Positions 11,601-22,697 of a stretch of DNA of 64,000 nt are shown piece by piece. The stretch spans positions 2,232,001 to 2,296,000 of the forward strand of contig OZ251222.1 of assembly GCA_965240325.2 (NCBI GenBank). Direction: 5' to 3'. Source of the DNA: Rebecca billardiae RCC1528. Taxonomy: Eukaryota > Protista > Haptophyta. The translations under genes and the position numbers were made by a program. The first letter of the stretch is position 1; every line of letters starts with the position of its first letter. The notes below the pieces were generated by a model that saw nothing but the letters and a program-made list of their open reading frames with translations, made no database searches and was not told the origin of the DNA.

Positions 11601-14600
11601 CTGGCTCTACAGCTGGCGAGCGTTCACGATCGTCGCGGGCTCGCCTGTCGCGGCGCCGGCCGTGCTCGAGAAGACGACGACGGGCACGAGCCTGCCGCGC
11701 ATCGCCTTCGCGTCGGCGGCGCTGCAGGCGGGGGCGACGTACCAGTTTGAGCTCGAGGTGAGCGGCGGCACCGCCACCGCCGCCGGCTCCGTCACGGTCG
11801 TGATGAACCGGCCGCCGTTCGGCGGCAGCCTCGCCGTCGCGCCGCGCAACGGCACGGCGACAGAGACGCTCTTCACGCTCACCTCCGACTTCTGGTCGGA
11901 CGACGACCTGCCGCTCGAGTACCTGTTCGGCTACCTGACGTCGGCGGACGTGGCCGCGGGCTCCGACGCGCAGAGCCTCGGCCCGCGCGCCAAGTCCACC
12001 TCGATCCAGGCCGACCTGCCCACGGGCGAGCTCACCGCGACCGTCTTTGTCTATGACATCTTCAACGGCCGCACGGAGGCGCGCGACGGGCCGATCTCCG
12101 TGCTCGAGCCGACGGTGGTGGACCAGGCGAAGGTGAACGAGGTGGCGCAGCGCGCGCGGAACGCCAACGCCGCCGGCCAGGGCGCGCAGGCCAGCCAGGC
12201 GATCACCGCGCTCGCCTCGTCGGCGTCGGCGCCGGGCGGTCGGCGCCGCCTCAACGAGGGCGGGCTGAGCGCCGAGTCGATCAACGAGCTGCTCGAGCTC
12301 ACGCGGGCGGCGACGGGCGTGGCGATCGACAGCGTGGAGCAGCGCGACGTGGCGGCGGGCACGATCACGGCGGTCGTGTGCGCCGCGGGCGACGCCTCGC
12401 TCGACGCCGACGGGCAGGCCGCCACCTTCGAGCAGCTGCGCGGGCTCGTCTCGGGCGGCGCCACCTCGACCGGCCTGAGCGCAAAGTCGCTCGACAACTT
12501 CATCACCGCCTTCTCCGTCGGGCTCTCGGCGCGCAACGCCAACCTGACGAACGTGACGGACGCGCAGGCGGAGCTGGTCAACGCGCTCGTCAACGCCGCG
12601 CGGAGCTCCTCCGCCAACGTGCTCGCCGTGGGCAAGCTCGCGGAGGAGGAGGCGACGGAGAAGACGAGCTCGGAGTTCAACGTGTCGGTCGCGGTGCGCG
12701 ACCCGGCCGCCGTCACCAACTCGACGGTGAGCGTGCCGGGCAGCTCGGCGGCGGTGGGCGTGCCCACCGGCTTCGGTGACAGCCTCGGCGGCGCGGATAC
12801 CGCCGGCGGCGTCACCTTCGCCGTGAGCACCCAGTCGCAGAACACGTACACCGACCCGGCGACGCAGACGGTCTCGGGGCAGACGGGCGACGCGGGCAAT
12901 GGGCCGGGCGTGCTGGGCCCGCAGCAGTCGAACCTGCTCTCGGTGGAGGTGGGGAGCGTGGGCTCGGGCGCGGGGATCACCGTCTCGGGCCTGGCGACGC
13001 CGCTCCTGCTCACGCTCGACAGGCAGGGCGACGCCCCCGTCGAGTGCCGCTTCTTCAACGAGTCGACGAGCGAGTGGGCCACCGACGGCTGCCGCACGGT
13101 GCTGCCGCCGGGCGACTCGCGCCTCACCGTCGGCTTCAGCGAGGTGCTGCACGCGCTGCCGACCGACGCGCTCGTGCCCGCGGGCGCGGACTTCGACGCG
13201 AAGGTGTACTGCCTGTGCACCCACCTCACCACCTTCGCCATCTACTCGGCGCCCTCCTCGACCGAGGAGCTCGAGGACGAGGTGTCGGCGATCGCCAACA
13301 AGCCGGTCAACACGTTCAACGAGGACGACATCGAGGCCGCCTTCCAGGGCTCGCCCGAGGAGATCTTCCGGCGGAACGAGACGATGGTGGTGCTGCTGTC
13401 GATCATGATCGGGCTCATGTTCATCACCGTCGCCTTCGCCGCGTACGTCGACAACCGCGCGTGGACCAAGATGCAGAAGCGCATGAACGAGGAGAACATC
13501 GAGGACCGCAAGCGCCGCACCGCGCTCGCCGACCGAGTCGAGGCGCAGCTCGACCACCTCGACGACGAGATCGACGCGGCGATGGACCGCGCGGCCAAGG
13601 TGATCCGGCAGCAGTTCGGCTTCAAGCGCACCGCCACCCTCGAGCAGGCGGGCGGGCCGGACACCCGCGCCGAGCTCGAGCAGGCGATGCGCGACCGGCG
13701 CAAGCGCGAGCACGTCATGACCAAGCTGATTCGGCTCGTGTCGGGCGAGATCGGCAGCAACCACACGATCCTCTCGCTGTGCTTCGGCGACCCGGAGAAC
13801 CAGCGGCGCGCGGAGGTGGTGCAGATCTTCTGGTCCATCCTCTTCATGGAGCTGCTCGTCGAGATCATGCTCTACTCGGGGCCCGCCGACGCGGTCGACG
13901 ACTGCGGCGCGCTGCTCGTGTCGGGCCAGGGCGGCCAGTTTGGCGGCGGGATCATCGGGCTCATCTGGACGGCCATCGTCACGTCGGTGCTGTGCGGCCC
14001 GTACCTGTACATCATGGTCAAGCTGTACGACTACGCGAACGGGCGCACGGGGCCGGTGCTCGACCGGCTCTTCTACGCGCTGCGCCAGCACATTGAGAGC
14101 GAGCTCGAGGAGCAGGGCGACTCGGACAAGATTGCGCCCGTGTTTGGCCGGCGTACCAGCGTCAGCGCCGACGATCTCGACCGCAGCTCTCGGCGGTACA
14201 CCTCGGGCGACCGGCTGTCCGTCGGGCCCGCGGCTGGGGGCGAAGGCTCGGAGGTGGGCACGCCCGTCGTGCCGAGCAGCGGCGGCGCCGGGCAGATCGT
14301 GCCTGTGCCGACCGACGCGGCCGGACAGGCCGGGCGGCCGTCCCCGCCCTCAGCCGGGCGGGGAGCGGTCGAGCCGCCGCCCGCACCGCCAGAGCCGACG
14401 CCGCCCGGCCTCGCCGTGGTGACGTCGAGCGGCGACATCGAGCAGCAGCGGAGCGGCCGTCCGCCGCCCCCAACGGGTGAGCCGCCGATGTCGCCGATGC
14501 CCATGTCTCCCGCGCCCGGCCCGGGCGGCGTGCGCCTCTCCAAGGAGACTGTCTTCCACCTGCGCGCCATCTTTGACCGGTACGACCTGGGCGACGGACA

Positions 14601-15414
14601 GCAGGACGGCGTGATCAGCACGTTCTCCCTCGGCCGCATGGTGCGCCACTTCTGCCACAAGTCGACGCAGCCCGAGGACCAGGACGAGATGCTGGCGAAC
14701 ATCAGGGGGCTGGACACGGACGAGTCGGGCGCGATCACCTTCACAGAGTTCCGCGTGTGGTACCGCGAGAACCTCGTGAATGCGCTCGAGCGGGAGAAGC
14801 TGCGGAGCCAGGGCTGGCGCAAGGTGTGGTTCTGCCTCACCAACTTGCGCATCTCGCCGCTCAGGAAGCAGATCGCCGCGTGGGTCATCATCTGGATCCT
14901 CGTCGCTGGCACCTGCTTCATCACCTTCATCTTTGGCACGGTGCTCGGAGACGCGGCCGTGTGCCGCATGCTCGTCGCGTGGGTGATGGCGTGCATCTCG
15001 ACGTTCACGCTCGAGGTGCGCGAGAGCGGCGCGCGGCGCGTGCGTGGCGGCGCGGTGCGTGGCAGGGCACGACTTCTGCGAATGTGCGCGTCGCTGACGG
15101 TCGTGCATGTCGCGACTCCCGCGGTTCCCCCCCGACGCCGCCGCGCGCGCGCGCGTGCGCAGGAGCCCGGCATGATCACCTGGGACACCATCAGCCCCTT
15201 CCTGTTCGCCTGGGTCAAGGTGTCGATCCTTGGGTGCGCCGTCGCGAGCGTGGTGGACACGGGCGCGAGCGGCGCGGCCTCAGGCGCTACCGCGGCATCT
15301 CGGGCCGAGGAGGGCCAAGCATCTGCGGCCAAGCCCACCTCAGTGAAGCCTCCGAACCAGCCACCGGGGGCCGGGGCCACTGGGTCTGGGCCCACTACGC
15401 AACCCGCCGAATAG
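4021..15414 (+). CDS. Giant polycystin-1/REJ-like membrane receptor: signal peptide, Pro-rich stalk, Cys-module repeats, IPT/TIG, REJ, GAIN/GPS, 5 TM, EF-hand pair; probable intron 15016-15162
   Basis: Signal peptide MKIKGAHSRMVVAALLATCAYAA. IPT-like repeats (PTGGPLGGSTVVTLTGTGF; EPPGGPVAGGTRVTVFGTGF). REJ signature VVMNRPPFGGSLAVAPRNGTATETLFTLTSDFWSDDDLPLEYLFGY. GPS motif ECRFFNESTSEWATDGC...CLCTHLTTFAI. Five hydrophobic segments and EF-hand loop DTDESGAITFTEF. Confidence 0.85.
4350..4737 (+). repeat. Coding tandem repeats (GGAPPM/GGSPPM, NAPPMAPT) in the Pro-rich N-terminus
   Basis: 18-nt units such as GGCGGCGCTCCGCCGATG repeat directly, with higher-order blocks. Confidence 0.9.
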
Positions 15415-15495
15415 GCTTAGTTAGGAATGACGAATAGCGGTATATAGGCAAGATCAGCAGACATCGTGGCCCGTGAGTGTGGGCATGGTATAAAA

Positions 15496-17900
15496 TGACC
15501 GCGTTCCGCGGTCCTTCCGTAGAACCAACGTAGTTAGGGGCCCGCGGTGCACCCTCCGTCGGCATATGCTGTCCGTCCAACGCGCGGCCGTAGCGGCAGC
15601 AGCAGCGCGGAGCGCCGTCGAGCATGCGCGGCAAACGAATAATGGAATATTATGCAGCGCGGGCGAGTCGACGGTCTGGAAAATGCGCGATCACGCCACA
15701 GCAGGCTGGCAGAGCCCGCCCCGAGCTGCAGCATGCGCCGTAGGTGCTGCCCCAAGCTCTCGACTGCCCGTAAGCGGCGGCATGTGCGGCGGCGCCGGCG
15801 GCGGCCATGCTGCCCCGCCGTTGCGCGCCGCGGGGCGCTGCCAGCACCTCCGTGGTGAAGCGCACAGCGCTCGAGCCCACAGGGGCTGGCGACCGTCAAA
15901 CCGACACCCCATGACACGGGCCGGGGCTGCGTGTGCCAGCTGCACGCACCCCCTGGGCCCACCTGGCCCGCTCGAGCAGCTCGCGCCTTGGGTGCGCACA
16001 GCGGCTCGAGTATACTGGGTCTGGTATGGGACGCCTGCTGCGGTGCCGCCGAGCGAGCACGTGCGGCCGAGGGTCACGCAGCACGGGCGACTCGACGGCG
16101 GCGAGCAGGCGCGACGGCCTCGCCGCGCCGCGGTAGAGCCTGCCCGGGCTGCAGCACGCCGTAGGAGCAGCCCAGCGCCCTCCTCCGCCCTCCAGCTTCG
16201 GCGCGCGCAGCAGGCCCGGCGGCGGACATGCTGGCGTGCCCAAGCAAGCAGGCAGATGGGCGCTGCCGGCCGCGCCGTCGCAAAGCGCGCAGAACTCGAG
16301 CTCGGGGGGGCGGACGGCCGCCAAACTGGCGCCGCAGGACGTGGCACTGCGTGCGCCAGCTGCGCGCACCCGCTGCGCCCGCGTAGCCCGTGCGAGCGCC
16401 GCGCCTCGAGCACACGCCGCAGCAGCTCGACACAGCCACTGCAGCGCGCACGCAGCCTGCACGGAGTGCACGCCGTGGCCCGTCGGCATCTTGGAAGCCG
16501 CCGAGAGCGTGTGCTTTCCCCGCACGACGGCGGTAGCTGCCGCGATGTATACGAGCGTGCTGCCGCGCCGGCCGCCGCTGCCCGGCCGCTGCGCCGGCTT
16601 CCACTCCGCGCCCGCTGCGCGTCCGCAGCTGGCAGCTGCGCCCGCCGTCAGCCGGCCCGGTGGCCAGCTGCCGCGCTCGCTGGGCGACCACTCGATGATG
16701 CGCGCAGCGTAATAAAGTGCGCGCTGGGCACCTCCTCGTCGCGTGCAATTTCGAGGTAGTCCTGCATCTGCTCCTGCATCAGCCCCTCCCACCCTGCGCG
16801 CGGGCGCGGACGGAGTCGCACGCACGCGGTCCGATCGACGATCGATCGAGGCGCGGGCCGCGGCGCCGGGACGGGCGTCGACGCGCAGGTTAGGTAGGTA
16901 TGGTGCCGGCGCTTCCCGCAGGCGTTGCGCGCTTGGGGCGAGTGGGGCGCGTGGGCGAGACCAGCGGCCAGCCAGCCCACGCCACCGGCGCGAGGGCACC
17001 GGCGCGGCGCGCACACACACTTTGGGCCGCGGACCTGGTCGCGGGGCCGCCGCGCGGCTGCGTGACCGGCAGCTGTGAGTGAGCTGATCGAGTGAGCAAG
17101 CCGAATGCGCGTCCGGAGGTACCTGCAGGCGCGCTCGGGGAGGGCCGAGGGCGATAGGTCGAGACCAGCGGCCGGCCGGCACCCGTCGCGCACGCACTCG
17201 GTGCGCGCCTTTGAAGGCGGCATCCTCGCTCGGGCCGATGTCGTCGCGCCGCTCGCGAGCACGAGACAGCTGACAGGCGGGTAACTTGGTTGTGACAAGC
17301 GCTATTCAAAAGAATATCTTTCAATATTATCAAGGCGGTTCATCCATCGAGGCAAGCGGGTAACTGGCTTTAAATAGCGCTATTCAAAAGAATCTCTTCA
17401 ATATGATGAGGAGGTTCATCCAACGAGACAGGTGGGTAACTTGGTTTAAAAGCGCTATTCAAAAGAATCTCTTTCAATACCATGAGGCGTTTCATCCATC
17501 GAGACAGACGGGTAACTTCTTTTCGCAAGCGCTATTCAAAAGAATCTGGCCTCATAGCTGTTTTCGACCCAAAACAATCAAACGTCGCTCGGCAAACTCG
17601 TACTCCAGCATACAAGAAGGACAAAAATACTCACTTGTTTCACCCCCGGGGTATCTGATCCCACGTCCGTCCATCGACTTATGCGGAATGGCGTGGGCGC
17701 GCTTATTTCGTCAAGCGCGTAGTTGCTAATGCAGAGCACTATGGGCCAACGTACCCCTCGAAAAATCGAAAACTCACCCTCCAACAGCCCTCAAAATCGT
17801 CCCCCATCCCCTTTTCTTTGATCAAAAGATCTTTTTGACAACGTAGTGAGGGCCCCCGGCGGGGCTCCACGCTACGCGCTCCGCCCTGCACCGCGGGCCA
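15496..17900 (-). mobile_element. Non-autonomous Helentron/HINE-like element, family H1 copy 1
   Basis: 13-bp inverted repeat GGCCCGCGGTGCA (15539-15551) / TGCACCGCGGGCC (17887-17899). Hairpin GACCGCG-TTC-CGCGGTC (15497-15513) lies outside the left repeat. Both ends recur at 21158 and 23149, and the right end recurs at 58653. Confidence 0.6.
17275..17547. repeat. AT-rich tandem repeat, ~77-bp period, 4 copies of core AGCGCTATTCAAAAGAAT
   Basis: Core starts at 17298, 17376, 17451 and 17528. Confidence 0.9.
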
Positions 17901-18033
17901 TTACTCAGTAGTGCTCTGGCCAGCCGTCATGCGTGTGACGACGCTGATGCTGCATGACGCTAGCAATTACAGGTATATATAGCGCACTACGACTGCTACT
18001 ACAGTTATTATATTGAAACAAGTACGCGCGCTG

Positions 18034-18082
18034 ATCTCGCCTGCCTGAGCTGTGTGCGTCACGTATTCTTAGTAAAATGTAG
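18034..18082. repeat. Dispersed ~50-bp motif (TCTCGCCTGCCTGAGCTGTGTGCGTC...TTCTTAGTAAA.TGTA), copy 1
   Basis: Near-identical copy at 25909-25957; interrupted copy at 48431-48493. Confidence 0.8.
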
Positions 18083-18996
18083 CTATCCGCTGGCTGCCAT
18101 TCAGTTATAACTGGTCCCGGAGTATCCACTGTCAATCTGATGTCTTTGACGACGCTGACTGACGAGTGACGATGGCGGCCATAACTCATAAGTACCGTCC
18201 ATGATGCGCCGCCCATGCCGCCGGCCGCTCCGTCGTGGCAGGGCCGGCAGGCGGCGGCCGCAGTCACAGGCGATATGCGCTGTGGCGACGAGCCGGGCGG
18301 CATATGCCGCGCCACTGGTCAGCTTCCATTGCGTCACGGCGGCTGGTCGGCGGGGCACGCCGCATGGCGCGTCGGCGACCAACTCGGACACGCCCACTCG
18401 CCACTGTCGCCTTGCCTCAGCGGCAGCAGTCAGCGCGGATCGCCGCGACGGTGGCCACCTCGCGCCCGCTTCACTGGCTTCGTGCGGCCTTGCCATCGGC
18501 CGGGCCGCCCCGCGTTCACGGCCGTCAACCTGCCCCGGTGGCAGCTAAAGAGGGTTTACATGCATGCGACGATTTGAATGAGACGCGTGCTGCCGGCTGG
18601 CGAGGAAATCGACAAGCGCGAGGACGAGGTTGATGCGGAATGGAGGTCCGTAGACACTGTGAGCGCTGGCCTCTCTGCTGACTCCAGAGCTGAGAGCGCC
18701 GCACGCGCACATGTGACAAGCACCCGTCTGATGCGCCTTCGGTCAAGTTGCAGAAGGTGGTCCGTGGTGAAGCGATCCAGCCCTTCCGCGGAGGCAAGTT
18801 TAAAAGGTGCACGCCCCGGCCCGTGAGCGCTTCGACGCTGACCCGTCTGCGCTTGTGGCCTTCGCCGCGACGCGCGGTCTCGCTACTGTACGCCCGTGCC
18901 CAGACTGCGGCGGAGGGCGGAGGCGTTGGCGGGCGACCTGTCAACGGAGGGCGGAGGGCGGTTGGCCGGTTGCCTTTCCCCGGTGAGCTCGGGACG

Positions 18997-21030
18997 ATGG
19001 CGTCGTCAAAACGGACGACGACGGCTCCTTGGCTGTGCGCACGCAGATGGGGTCGGCGTGCATGCATTTGGGCCTTGCTGCTCGCGACGAGCATTACCGC
19101 CGCTGAGCCTCGGCGAGGCAAGAGCGCTCCGGCCAACGCCCCGATTTTATCGCCTGACCGCTGCGCCAGAGTCCAGCACGACGAGAGCGACGGGCTCACG
19201 AGCATCGACCGCAGGTCGTCGGGCGCGTCCCTGCCGATCGACGCACCACGGCCAGCGCCATTTCCGCTGGTAACCTCGGCACCGGGCGAAATCGGCGTGG
19301 TCGAGCGCGCGATACTTGAGCGGGCACGTTCGCGCCAGGCTGGCATCTTCGACACAGCCCAGCAGCGCGGCGGCCGCTGGATCGAGGGCGCCGTGCGCGT
19401 GCAGCTTCGCCACTGGTTTCAGAGGGGCTTTTGGGACGTGGCCCAATGGACTCGAGAGCTGTCAAAACGCTACCCGCACGCATTCGTGGCGCGAATCGAG
19501 CACGGCACCGTGCGGCGCCTGCACATGGCCATGCCCGGCTACAAGGTTTACCGGCAGGCAGCCATGCTGTGCATGCTGCAGCGTGTGGCGCAGCTCGACC
19601 TCGAGCTCAACCTGACTGTCGTCGTGTACCCGTCGGACAGCTGTCCAGGCAATGCCTGGCCCCAGCCCGAGCCTCGGGGCGTCTCCTGCCCGCTCGAGTG
19701 TGAGACCAACTCGACGCGTGCCATTCCCTTTGGCGGCGCATCTGCCCGCGCGCACCCGGCGTGTGCCGCGCCACGGCCGACGCAGTGCAAGTGCGGCAAG
19801 TACGTCGAGCAGCCGTCGACGGTGAGCGTGCTGCCGGGGCTCGTAGAGGCGCGGCTACCGCTGCCAGTGCTATGCTTCCAGAAGGACGCGCAGAACCGCG
19901 AGGCCGCGCTGCTCCCAGAGATGGAGCTGCTGATGGGCCAGCGCGGCAAGTTCACGCCCGACGAGCTCACGGCGGCGCTCAAGAAGCGGCGCGGCGAGGC
20001 CGCGCCGCAGCCGCCACGGCTCTCGGCTGCGCAGGCCAAAGCCTCGCGCAGGGTGCGCGAGGCTCGTACCGGCGGGGACTTCCTGCGTGGGCTTGAGGAT
20101 GTCCGCACCACCGTGCTCAGGAACAGCTACCCGAATCGAGGCCAGACCATGCTGCAGTACGATGTGCCTTGGACGGCCAAGAGCGGGGGTGCTGCCTACT
20201 TCGCCGGCACGGCTTCCGGCAATTTCGAGGGGTTGCTCAACCAGCGCGCGCGCGTGTGCTCGGCACACCAACTGCTCGCGACGCCGTCGCAGATCGGCGC
20301 GGAACATGGCGCCGAGCCCGTGCCCGGCACCGAGAGCGTCTCTCGCGCGGCGCACGCGCTCATCCGCCCGCTGACGAACCGCTCGGGGCTGTTGTGCCGG
20401 CTCACCCTCGCGTCGTGCACGTCGGGTCTGGAACAGCTGGGGCAGTGCGCAGACGGCTCTGCGCTCGCGAAAGGGCCCAGGACCACGTGGGCCGACGCGC
20501 TGCGGCACAAGTACATCCTCTCGATGGACGGGAACGGTGCGACCTGCTCGCGGGTGTACCTGGCGCTCCTCAGCGGCTCGGTGCTGCTCAAGCTCGAGGC
20601 GTCGCCGCCGCTCCTGCAGCCGTCCAGCCTCTACTTCCACAGCGCACTGCGCGCGTGGGAGCACTTCGTGCCGGTGACGGAGGGCAACATTGGCGCGACC
20701 GTCGCGTGGCTCGACGCGCACGACCACGTGGCGCAGAGCATTTCGGCGGCCGGCAGCGCGTTCGCTCGTGAGGAGTACACGGACGCGGTCGCGGTGCGGT
20801 ACACGCACTTCCTGCTGCACGCCCTGGCACAGCTCCACCGGGCCACGCATCGACCCAGCGCAGGCGGTGCGACGCCGTTCTTTGAGACCCCAATCGCGAG
20901 AGCAACGCACCGTAATCTGGAGAACTACGCTCTGGCATGCAATGGCCAGCTCGGGAGGGGGCGAATCGGGTCCGATTCCGAGCTGGCAGCCCTTCTCGCT
21001 GAGCTTGATTCTGATGAGTCAGTTGATTGA
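18997..21030 (+). CDS. Glycosyltransferase family 90 (CAP10/POGLUT-like) protein
   Basis: GT90-type motifs VPWTAKSGGAAYFAG, HKYILSMDGNGATCSRVYLALLSGSVLLK and FHSALRAWEHFVPV. N-terminal hydrophobic stretch CIWALLLATSITA. Start ATG at 18997 is a best guess. Confidence 0.8.
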   Translation: MASSKRTTTAPWLCARRWGRRACIWALLLATSITAAEPRRGKSAPANAPILSPDRCARVQHDESDGLTSIDRRSSGASLPIDAPRPAPFPLVTSAPGEIGVVERAILERARSRQAGIFDTAQQRGGRWIEGAVRVQLRHWFQRGFWDVAQWTRELSKRYPHAFVARIEHGTVRRLHMAMPGYKVYRQAAMLCMLQRVAQLDLELNLTVVVYPSDSCPGNAWPQPEPRGVSCPLECETNSTRAIPFGGASARAHPACAAPRPTQCKCGKYVEQPSTVSVLPGLVEARLPLPVLCFQKDAQNREAALLPEMELLMGQRGKFTPDELTAALKKRRGEAAPQPPRLSAAQAKASRRVREARTGGDFLRGLEDVRTTVLRNSYPNRGQTMLQYDVPWTAKSGGAAYFAGTASGNFEGLLNQRARVCSAHQLLATPSQIGAEHGAEPVPGTESVSRAAHALIRPLTNRSGLLCRLTLASCTSGLEQLGQCADGSALAKGPRTTWADALRHKYILSMDGNGATCSRVYLALLSGSVLLKLEASPPLLQPSSLYFHSALRAWEHFVPVTEGNIGATVAWLDAHDHVAQSISAAGSAFAREEYTDAVAVRYTHFLLHALAQLHRATHRPSAGGATPFFETPIARATHRNLENYALACNGQLGRGRIGSDSELAALLAELDSDESVD

Positions 21031-21920
21031 TATTATTTATTGATGACGACGATCGCGAGAGTCGACAGAATGTCAAATATGTCAATGATTGTCGTGAAGA
21101 GTTAATTACGTAACTAGCGAGTAGCGTCGCTCGCGACGTACGCGTACGATATATATATGACCGCGTTCCGCGGTCCTTTTCCGTAGAACGAACGTAGTTC
21201 AGGGCCCGCGGTGGCGGTGCACCCTCCATCGCAGTCGTCTATTGACAGACCCGGAGTTGCATGCCCGTACAACTAGACTCCAGCGGCGCGCCGCCGCCCG
21301 CCGCGCCGGGCGCGGGCCCATCGCACTTCGCAGCCGCCGGCGCGGCGCCGATTGTGTACAGGCGGATGCGACGAGGCGTGATCGACGCATGAGCGCGACT
21401 CCACGTGCACGCCAGGCCACGCGAAGCTGACAGCCAGGGAGCACGGTGCGGGGCCGCGGATTCGTTCGGGCCGCTGCTGCTGACTGACCGCTGTGGCGCT
21501 GTCCCGCGGGTCACCGCGCACCGGCAGCGCCAGGATAGTTAGATGATTTGCACTGGTCCGAGTAGGGTTCGACCAGCGCCTGCGCGACGGCCGACAGGCG
21601 GGCGCGAGGCGTGATCGACGCATGAGCGCAACTCTACGTGCACGCCAGGCCACGCGGAGCTGACAGCCCGAGGGAGCACGGTGCCGAGGTCGGAGGTGCG
21701 AGCGGGCACCAGTCACGGATCGTTCGCGCACGCCGCGCGTGCACGGGCTGACACACCTCGATCAGGCTCGGCACGCGTTGCAGAGGCACAGCCAGCTCTG
21801 GGGACGTCCCGCACCACCGTCGCCCGCGCAGCTCGTCCTCCTCGTAGAGTACCGTTCCACAGTGACTATTGCCGACGCGCACTCTGCTTTGCAATACGAC
21901 GACGAGGTGTGCATCCTCTT

Positions 21921-22454
21921 TTATGCTGCGCGCGAGCCGCCTATCCAGCCTGCGTCTACCCAGCCCGTTGCCGCACCCTCTGCCGCCAGCAGCGAGCCGA
22001 GGTAGCACGTGACGCCTAGGTTGAGCGTGCCCATCAGGCTCAGCGAGCCGCCCGGGCGCCCCCGCTGCGGCTTTGTTTGCTCTGCCGGCATTTCCCCCTC
22101 GAGCTGGGCAAGGGCCTCGAAGCGGCTGCCGGCTGCTGGGCCGGGTGAGGAGGAGGGAGGGGGCTGGCCTGCGGGGCGCGTGGTGAAGTCGGTGATCAGC
22201 CGCGCCGCGTTCCCCCTGCCGAGTGCGCCATCGTCCTCCAGCACGGTGCGGACCTTGCCAAGGATGTTGTAGATCGATCGGCGCGGCACGCAGTACTTCA
22301 CCGCCGCAGAGCCCACGTTATGCTTGCGCCTCACGACTGAGATGGCAGCAGCAATGCTCGAGAGCGTGTTATTGCCCCCTTTCGTCGTTACTGCCCCTGA
22401 GTCGCGCAGCATGTTCAACACGCGGAGAGCGCAGTCCTGGTCTGTGTCGCCCAT
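21921..22454 (-). pseudogene. Pipsqueak/CENP-B-type HTH fragment (possible pogo-type transposase N-terminus remnant)
   Basis: SIAAAISVVRRKHNVGSAAVKYCVPRRSIYNIL resembles the HTH_psq pattern. No DDE domain is visible and the frame breaks downstream. Confidence 0.4.
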
Positions 22455-22595
22455 CGATGTGCGTCGCAAGGCACTCCCTTGGACAGGCTCCGCAGTTGAC
22501 GACCTCTTTCACCCCGGCACGTGCCTTAAGTAGCTCTCTGATCAAGAGTGCCTTGCGTGCCGGGTACAGTAGCTCTCTGATCAGTAGGTTACGAC

Positions 22596-22697
22596 GCGGT
22601 GGATTCATTCTCCTGATGGCTCATTGATGAATACCATTTGTCGTCACGAAGCGGTGGATTCGTTCTCCTGATGGCTCCTTGATGAATACCATTTGTC
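22596..22697. repeat. Direct repeat, 2 x 47 bp (GCGGTGGATTC.TTCTCCTGATGGCTC.TTGATGAATACCATTTGTC)
   Basis: Copies at 22596-22642 and 22651-22697. Confidence 0.85.

Noticed and set aside
8797-14091. 1764-aa minus-strand ORF (and similar antisense ORFs such as 712-2970 and 5038-7632)
   Set aside because: Shadow ORFs caused by extreme GC3 bias opposite real genes.
15566-17197. 397- and 433-aa ORFs inside H1 copy 1
   Set aside because: Low-complexity Arg/Ala translations typical of GC-rich non-coding DNA.
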